From positions 3,780,001 through 3,812,000 of the forward strand of contig NC_000964.3 of assembly GCF_000009045.1 (NCBI RefSeq): DNA of 32,000 nucleotides, in the 5' to 3' direction. The position numbers were made by a program, and so were the translations under genes. Positions 25,090 through 32,000 of the stretch are shown in pieces; positions within the stretch are counted from its first letter, which is position 1, and the number at the start of each line of letters is the position of its first letter. This DNA comes from Bacillus subtilis subsp. subtilis str. 168 (GTDB lineage Bacteria > Bacillota > Bacilli > Bacillales > Bacillaceae). The notes under the pieces were generated by a model. It did no database searches. It was given only the letters and a program-made list of their open reading frames with translations, and was not told where the DNA came from.

Positions 25090-26055
25090 TTATGGACGGA
25101 TTACAAGATTTGGTTTCTTTTTCAAGCTGTGTCTGCCGTCAACGAAACGAACAGTGCCCGATTTTGCACGGATAACTAAGCTTTCAGTTGTACCGACAGA
25201 GCCTTTGAATTGAACTCCTTTTAACAGCTCGCCGTCAGTAACCCCTGTAGCTGCAAAAATCGCGTCATCACCCTTCACAAGGTCTTCCATGCGAAGCACT
25301 TTGCTTAAATCAAGGCCCATTTTGTGACAGCGAGTGATTTCTTCTTCGCTTTGCGGAAGAAGTTTACCAATGATTTCTCCGCCGAGTGCTTTTAGCGCAA
25401 CAGCGGAAAGCACACCCTCAGGAGCGCCGCCTGATCCGAACAGGATATCAACGCCCGTGTGGTCGAAAGCCGTGTTGATGGCGCCTGCGACATCGCCGTC
25501 ATTGATCAATTTGATTCTGGCGCCGGCCTCACGAAGCTCGGAAATGATTTTTGCGTGTCTTTCACGGTTTAAAATTGTGGCAACGACGTCCTCAACGTCC
25601 TTGTTTTTCGCTTTTGCCACCGCTTTAAGGTTGTCAATGACAGGTGCTTCGATGTCAATGCAGCCCACCGCTTCCGGACCGACTGCGATTTTTTGCATAT
25701 ACATGTCAGGAGCATTCAGAAGCGTGCCATGGTCTGCGACCGCGATAACCGTCAGCGCGTTCCAGCCGCCGCTTGCTAAGATGTTTGTGCCTTCAAGAGG
25801 GTCAACTGCGACATCAACGCGAGGGCCGTACCCGTTTCCGAGTTTTTCCCCGATATACAGCATTGGCGCTTCGTCCATTTCCCCTTCACCGATTACAACG
25901 GTCCCTTTCATCGGCACTGTATCAAAAACGTCTCTCATTGCACTTGTTGCCGCTTCATCAGCCTCATCTTTTTTTCCCCGGCCCATCCATCTTGCTGATG
26001 CCAATGCCGCAGCTTCTGTCACACGTACCAATTCCATTGATAAACTTCTTTCCAT
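25090..26055 (-). CDS. glpX: class II fructose-1,6-bisphosphatase GlpX
   Basis: ORF 25090..26076 trimmed to ATG 26055 ([17 protein letters not shown]...) behind a GAGAGGAGA RBS. 321 aa. Confidence 0.96.
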
Positions 26056-26085
26056 TTCAACACGATCTCCTCTCACAAGAAACCA

Positions 26086-27375
26086 TTATGAATTTTGAAG
26101 CTGTTCTATTTCTTCGTCAGTCATTCTTTCACGCCAAATTGTCGCTCCAAGCCCCTCAAGCTTCTTCTCAAGGCTGCTGTATCCTCGGTCAATATGCTCC
26201 AGTCCCGTAATTTCCGTGACGCCATCAGCCATCAGTCCGGCTACCACCAAGCAGGCTCCGGCACGCAGATCACTCGCCTTCACTTTTGCGCCTTGAAGCT
26301 CGACAGGACCTGTGATGATGGCAGATCTGCCTTCTACTTTCATATTGGCACCCATTCGTCTCAGCTCATCAATGTGCTTGAATCTTGCCGAGTAGATGGT
26401 GTCTGTGACGACACTCGTCCCTTTCGCCCTTGTCAGGAGCGCCGTCATCGGCTGCTGTAAATCAGTCGGAAACCCCGGGTATACGAGGGTTTTGACGTCA
26501 ACCGGCTTTAAGTTCTTCTGCCCGCCGACAATGAGGAGCTGGTCGTCGCTTGTTTCGATATGATAGCCCATTTCTCTCAGCTTTGCCGTTAACGACTCAA
26601 GATGAGTAGGGATGACGTTATCGATAATGACTTCCTTGCCCATTGCAGCCCCTGCAATCATAAATGTCCCGGCTTCAATTCTGTCCGGAATGATCGTATG
26701 CTTGCAGCCGTGCAGTTCCTTCACGCCGTCGATTCGAATCACATTGGTGCCCGCACCTTTGATTTTGGCGCCCATGCTGGTAAGCAATGTCGCGACGTCA
26801 ATGATCTCAGGCTCCTTGGCAGCGTTTTCGATGATCGTTTTCCCTTCTGCCAAAACAGCGGCGAGCATAATGTTAATCGTTGCCCCAACGCTTACGACAT
26901 CTAAATAAATCCGTGCGCCTCTCAGCCTTTCAGCTCGCAAATAAATGGCGCCTTGTTCATTGGTTACTTCAGCTCCGAGTGCTTCAAAGCCTTTGATATG
27001 CTGATCAATCGGACGGGGCCCTAAGTGACAGCCGCCAGGCAATCCAATGACCGCCTGCTTGAAGCGGCCGAGCATCGCCCCCATTAAATAATATGACGCG
27101 CGAAGCTTTTTTACTTTCCCGTTAGGAAGCGGCATGCTGATCATCGACGTAGGGTCAACAACCATTTCCCCATTCTCAAAATGCACGTTGCCGCCGATTT
27201 CCTTTAACAGGTCACGCAGCGTTTCAATATCTGAAATCTCTGGAAGCCCTTCAATTGTCACCTCGGAATTTGCCAAAATGGTTGCAGGTATTAACGCAAC
27301 AGCGCTGTTTTTAGCGCCGCTGATATGTACTGTACCGTTTAACGAGTCACCGCCGGCAATATTCAACTTTTCCAT
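26086..27375 (-). CDS. murAB: UDP-N-acetylglucosamine 1-carboxyvinyltransferase 2
   Basis: 429-aa ORF of the MurA/EPSP-synthase fold with a GGAAGGAGA RBS. The stop lies 30 nt upstream of the glpX start. Confidence 0.96.
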   Translation of the reverse strand: MEKLNIAGGDSLNGTVHISGAKNSAVALIPATILANSEVTIEGLPEISDIETLRDLLKEIGGNVHFENGEMVVDPTSMISMPLPNGKVKKLRASYYLMGAMLGRFKQAVIGLPGGCHLGPRPIDQHIKGFEALGAEVTNEQGAIYLRAERLRGARIYLDVVSVGATINIMLAAVLAEGKTIIENAAKEPEIIDVATLLTSMGAKIKGAGTNVIRIDGVKELHGCKHTIIPDRIEAGTFMIAGAAMGKEVIIDNVIPTHLESLTAKLREMGYHIETSDDQLLIVGGQKNLKPVDVKTLVYPGFPTDLQQPMTALLTRAKGTSVVTDTIYSARFKHIDELRRMGANMKVEGRSAIITGPVELQGAKVKASDLRAGACLVVAGLMADGVTEITGLEHIDRGYSSLEKKLEGLGATIWRERMTDEEIEQLQNS

Positions 27376-27708
27376 GATAGTCTCCTTCCATAAGAAGATA
27401 GCTGCGGAGCTAAATAAAATGTCATTTTATTCTGTCTCTGCAAATAAAGCTCATGTCCAAAATCTAGCCAATTCGAAGAGAAAGAATACAACACATTGTA
27501 AAATATCAGGAAGAAAATAGCGAAGCTTTGGGGGGTACAGGTTTCAAAAGATGCACAGAGACCCGCCGGCTCGAGAGACATCGTCGTCATCCGGCAAAAG
27601 CAGTACGCATACCCTTCATTCCGATATCAGCTTCTGCAGCCCAATGATTCCTTCTCTGTAAAGCGGCGTCAGCATCTGAAGATCCGCTGTATCAGGTCGG
27701 TGAAATAC

Positions 27709-27751
27709 AAAGGCCGCGGCAAACAGGCATAAAGCTGTTTGCCGCCCCTTT
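27709..27751 (-). terminator. strong hairpin / terminator after tal(ywjH)
   Basis: 11-bp perfect stem GCGGCAAACAG (27716-26) / CTGTTTGCCGC (27735-45), extended by AAAGG/CCTTT. A U-rich tail follows on the minus strand. Confidence 0.75.
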
Positions 27752-27753
27752 CA

Positions 27754-28449
<696 letters not shown>

Positions 28450-28463
28450 CTAAAGATAGACGG

Positions 28464-28490
28464 AAAACCGCCTGTCAAGCTGTCAGGCGG
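28464..28490 (-). terminator. terminator-like hairpin after fbaA
   Basis: Minus strand: CCGCCUG(a)CA-gcuu-(u)G(a)CAGGCGG followed by UUUUCCGUC. The 7-bp GC core is CCGCCTG/CAGGCGG. Confidence 0.6.
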
Positions 28491-28511
28491 CTATAAAAAG
28501 TTCCAATTGAA

Positions 28512-29369
28512 TTAAGCTTGGTTTGAAGAACCAAATTCACGCATTTTACCGATAACTGTTTCTTTGATCGCTTCACGAGCTGGTCCAAGGTATTTACGTG
28601 GATCGTACTCGTCAGGCTTAGCTGCCAATGTTTCGCGAACAGCTTTTGCAGAAGAAATTTGGTTTTCAGTATTCACGTTGATTTTAGCTGTACCAAGTGA
28701 AATTGATTTTTTGATGTCAGCAGTCGGAATTCCAGTACCGCCGTGAAGAACTAGCGGAAGGCCAGTTGATTTTCCGATCTCTTCCATTTCTTTGAAGCCA
28801 AGGTTTGGCTCACCTTTGTAAGGGCCGTGAACAGAACCTAATGCAGGTGCAAGGCAGTCGATGCCAGTGCGCTCAACAAGCTCTTGGCACTCTTTAGGAT
28901 CAGCGTAGATTACGCCTTCAGCGATAACGTCATCTTCTTGTCCGCCTACTGTTCCAAGCTCAGCTTCTACAGATACTCCGTGGAAATGAGCAAGCTCAAC
29001 AACTTTAGCAGTTGTTGCTACGTTTTCTTCAAATGGATGGTGAGAAGCGTCGATCATTACAGATGTGAAACCTGCATGAATCGCTTTCGCACAAGATTCA
29101 AAGCTTGAACCGTGGTCTAAGTGAATCGCAACAGGAACTGTCACTTTGTACTCTTCCATAAGTGCTTTTACCATAGCAACGACTGTTTTGAAGCCGCCCA
29201 TGTAGCGTCCCGCACCTTCGGAAACACCAAGGATCACTGGAGATTTTTCTTCTTCAGCTGCTTGTAAAATCGCTTGAGTAAACTCAAGGTTGTTTAAGTT
29301 AAATTGTCCTACAGCGTACCCTTTTTCTTTAGCTGTATTCAACATTTCCGTCATAGAAACTAAAGGCAT
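28512..29369 (-). CDS. fbaA: class II fructose-1,6-bisphosphate aldolase
   Basis: ORF 28512..29432 trimmed to ATG 29369 ([24 protein letters not shown]...) behind a TAAGGAGGA RBS. 285 aa. Confidence 0.97.
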   Translation of the reverse strand: MPLVSMTEMLNTAKEKGYAVGQFNLNNLEFTQAILQAAEEEKSPVILGVSEGAGRYMGGFKTVVAMVKALMEEYKVTVPVAIHLDHGSSFESCAKAIHAGFTSVMIDASHHPFEENVATTAKVVELAHFHGVSVEAELGTVGGQEDDVIAEGVIYADPKECQELVERTGIDCLAPALGSVHGPYKGEPNLGFKEMEEIGKSTGLPLVLHGGTGIPTADIKKSISLGTAKINVNTENQISSAKAVRETLAAKPDEYDPRKYLGPAREAIKETVIGKMREFGSSNQA

Positions 29370-29499
29370 GTCGAATGTCCTCCTTATGTAGCCTGATTGT
29401 CTTCTAGCGAAAAAAGCTTTCCACCCTAGCATGACCCATATATTGCTGTCATATGTAAATACTCAGATCGCTTTTTCTCCATAACTAGGATACCAACTT

Positions 29500-29508
29500 T
29501 TCGACAAA
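29500..29508 (-). promoter_or_regulatory. perfect Spo0A box (TTTGTCGAA) in the spo0F-fbaA spacer
   Basis: The minus strand reads TTTGTCGAA at 29508-29500, about 130 nt upstream of the fbaA ATG. Confidence 0.45.
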
Positions 29509-29549
29509 TCGGCAACATAATGACATGATTCATTTGTTTCTTCTTTTTG

Positions 29550-29924
29550 TCAGTTAGACTTCAGGGGCAGATATTTTTTGACGGCGTCTCTGATTTCGTC
29601 GATGTCAAACGGCTTGGCAAAGTGCGTCAGAGCGCCCAATTCCTTCGATTCCTGGATCATGTCGAGCTCTCCGTATGCCGTCATGATAATGACCCGGATG
29701 TTTTCGTCAATGACCTTCATCCGTTTTAAGATTTCGATTCCGTCCATGCCGGGAATTTTCATGTCCAACAGCACAAGGTCGGGCCGTTCTTTTGTCACAA
29801 TGTCAAGCGCCTGCAGGCCGTTCGCAGCCTGAAACGTCTGGTAGCCTTCTTTATTGAACACTTCATTTAGCAAAATACGAATGCCGTATTGATCATCAAC
29901 GATTAAAATTTTTTCATTCATCAT
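29550..29924 (-). CDS. spo0F: sporulation initiation phosphotransferase F (single-domain response regulator)
   Basis: ORF 29550..29954 trimmed to ATG 29924 ([12 protein letters not shown]...). 124 aa. Receiver domain with the phospho-acceptor Asp in [13 protein letters not shown]. Confidence 0.98.
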   Translation of the reverse strand: MMNEKILIVDDQYGIRILLNEVFNKEGYQTFQAANGLQALDIVTKERPDLVLLDMKIPGMDGIEILKRMKVIDENIRVIIMTAYGELDMIQESKELGALTHFAKPFDIDEIRDAVKKYLPLKSN

Positions 29925-29946
29925 TTTACACCCCAATATTATGATT

Positions 29947-30026
29947 TTCGTCAAAAGTAAGCAGTATTGTATGTATTCTGTTTGATTTTCCTATTTCCTT
30001 TAATTATAATAGTCTACTTTACGACA
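29947..30026 (-). promoter_or_regulatory. spo0F control region: sigma-H promoter flanked by two Spo0A-box-like motifs
   Basis: Minus strand: AAAGGAAAT (30001-29993), 11-nt spacer, ACAGAATAC (29981-29973), a near-perfect match to RnAGGAwww-11-RnnGAATww. 0A-like boxes are TGTCGTA (30026-30020) and TGACGAA (29953-29947). Confidence 0.65.
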
Positions 30027-30089
30027 TTTTCTGAGCATTTTCTCTTTTGTTGTATACTGATATTGTACGTTATAAAGGAGGATTCACTT

Positions 30090-30611
30090 ATGTTGAAAAT
30101 ATTCACGACGCAGTTAACAGGTATTTTTTCCCGCATTCAGGATAAGGAATCTGACGCGATTGAAGATGGGGCGCGGCTGCTTGCTCAAGCGGTGATCAGC
30201 GGGCATTCCATTTATTTATACGGAGCGAATGAGCTTCAGGGCGTCTTTTATGAGGCCACCGAAAGCAAAGAACCCTTCCCATCTGTCAAAGCCTTTCCAG
30301 AAAACGCTGAGGAAGTGACAGAAAGCGACAGGGTGCTGATGTTTTGCTCAGGGACGGGCACAGCCGAAGAACAGGAGCTCGCAAAAGAGCTTTATGAAAA
30401 AGGTGCGGGAGTCGTATGCGTATCGCCCGCAGCCAAAGACAGTGCGGGAATAGAACAGTATTGTGATGTGCATATTGATTCTAAATTAAAAATGCCGCTT
30501 GTTCCCGATGAAGACGGCACCCGTTACGGGTTTCCCTCTTTAATGACAGCACTGTATGTCTATCACGCTTTATCGTTTACACTAAAAGAAATTCTGCAAG
30601 AGTATGCATAA
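30090..30611 (+). CDS. ywjG: 173-aa protein YwjG (DUF2529-like), function unknown
   Basis: ORF 29967..30611 trimmed to ATG 30090, 7 nt after the AAAGGAGGA RBS. Confidence 0.88.
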   Translation: MLKIFTTQLTGIFSRIQDKESDAIEDGARLLAQAVISGHSIYLYGANELQGVFYEATESKEPFPSVKAFPENAEEVTESDRVLMFCSGTGTAEEQELAKELYEKGAGVVCVSPAAKDSAGIEQYCDVHIDSKLKMPLVPDEDGTRYGFPSLMTALYVYHALSFTLKEILQEYA

Positions 30612-30649
30612 TATCTTATTGTACATGCTGGAACTTGCCGGAAACAAAT

Positions 30650-30691
30650 AAAAAAGACTTGCCCGCTTTTGACAAACGGCAAGTCTTTTTT
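30650..30691. terminator. bidirectional terminator shared by ywjG (+) and pyrG (-)
   Basis: AAAAAAGACTTGCC ... GGCAAGTCTTTTTT with a 14-nt loop. Confidence 0.85.
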
Positions 30692-30692
30692 A

Positions 30693-32000
<1,308 letters not shown>

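Noticed and set aside
25518-25531. TGGCGCCGGCCTCA inside glpX matches 12/14 of the RacA-binding ram motif TGACGCCGGCGTCA as I recall it. A weaker 11/14 match lies in atpD at about 1954-1967.
   Set aside because: Both mismatches break the palindrome arms, and GC-rich 14-mers of this kind arise easily in coding sequence. I cannot separate it from chance without RacA ChIP data.
25334-26098. 254-aa plus-strand ORF, plus the overlapping 145-aa ORF 25773..26210, antisense to glpX and murAB.
   Set aside because: It lies entirely within well-supported minus-strand genes. It has no RBS and a low-complexity Ser/Ala/Pro/Thr-rich translation typical of a shadow ORF opposite a highly expressed gene.
27363-27590. 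75-aa minus-strand ORF in the tal-murAB spacer, overlapping the murAB start.
   Set aside because: No Shine-Dalgarno sequence lies upstream of its ATG (..CUUUUGCCGG AUG). It runs out of frame into murAB and has an implausible composition.

Overview
This window is a contiguous, fully syntenic stretch of Bacillus subtilis (168-like) core chromosome. The proteins I can recognise, such as Spo0F, RacA, SpoIIR, L31 and the F1Fo subunits, match that species. Gene order left to right: ywmB' (5' end only), ywzB, ywmA, atpC-D-G-A-H-F-E-B-I, upp, glyA, ywlG, rpiB(ywlF), ywlE, mntP(ywlD), tsaC(ywlC), ywlB, spoIIR, ywlA, ywkF, prmC, prfA, ywkD, racA, ywkB, maeA, tdk, rpmE, rho, glpX, murAB, tal(ywjH), fbaA, spo0F, ywjG, pyrG' (3' part only). 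I count 39 CDS, 2 of them partial. 34 lie on the minus strand and 5 on the plus strand (ywmA, ywlA, ywkD, racA, ywjG). Many ORF-track entries carry spurious N-terminal extensions, and I trimmed these to RBS-supported starts, several of which are TTG or GTG. By eye I see no rRNA, tRNA, CRISPR array, IS element, integrase, prophage or defence genes, and no long repeats. I therefore do not find a previously undescribed system here, because every substantial ORF with an RBS is a known housekeeping or sporulation gene. All remaining signal is non-coding. The strongest is a dense DnaA-box cluster across the ywlC 5' end and the ywlC-ywlB spacer, which is a known class of element. Other regulatory signals are an inverted PurBox pair upstream of glyA, an 11-bp direct repeat at 22-bp phasing upstream of maeA, sigma-H/Spo0A-box architecture at spo0F and racA, and a forespore-type promoter at spoIIR. 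There are also long, structured, unexplained leaders or spacers at atpI, atpE-atpF, rho and murAB. Promoter, terminator and operator calls come from reading the sequence by eye only, with no folding energies or database searches.
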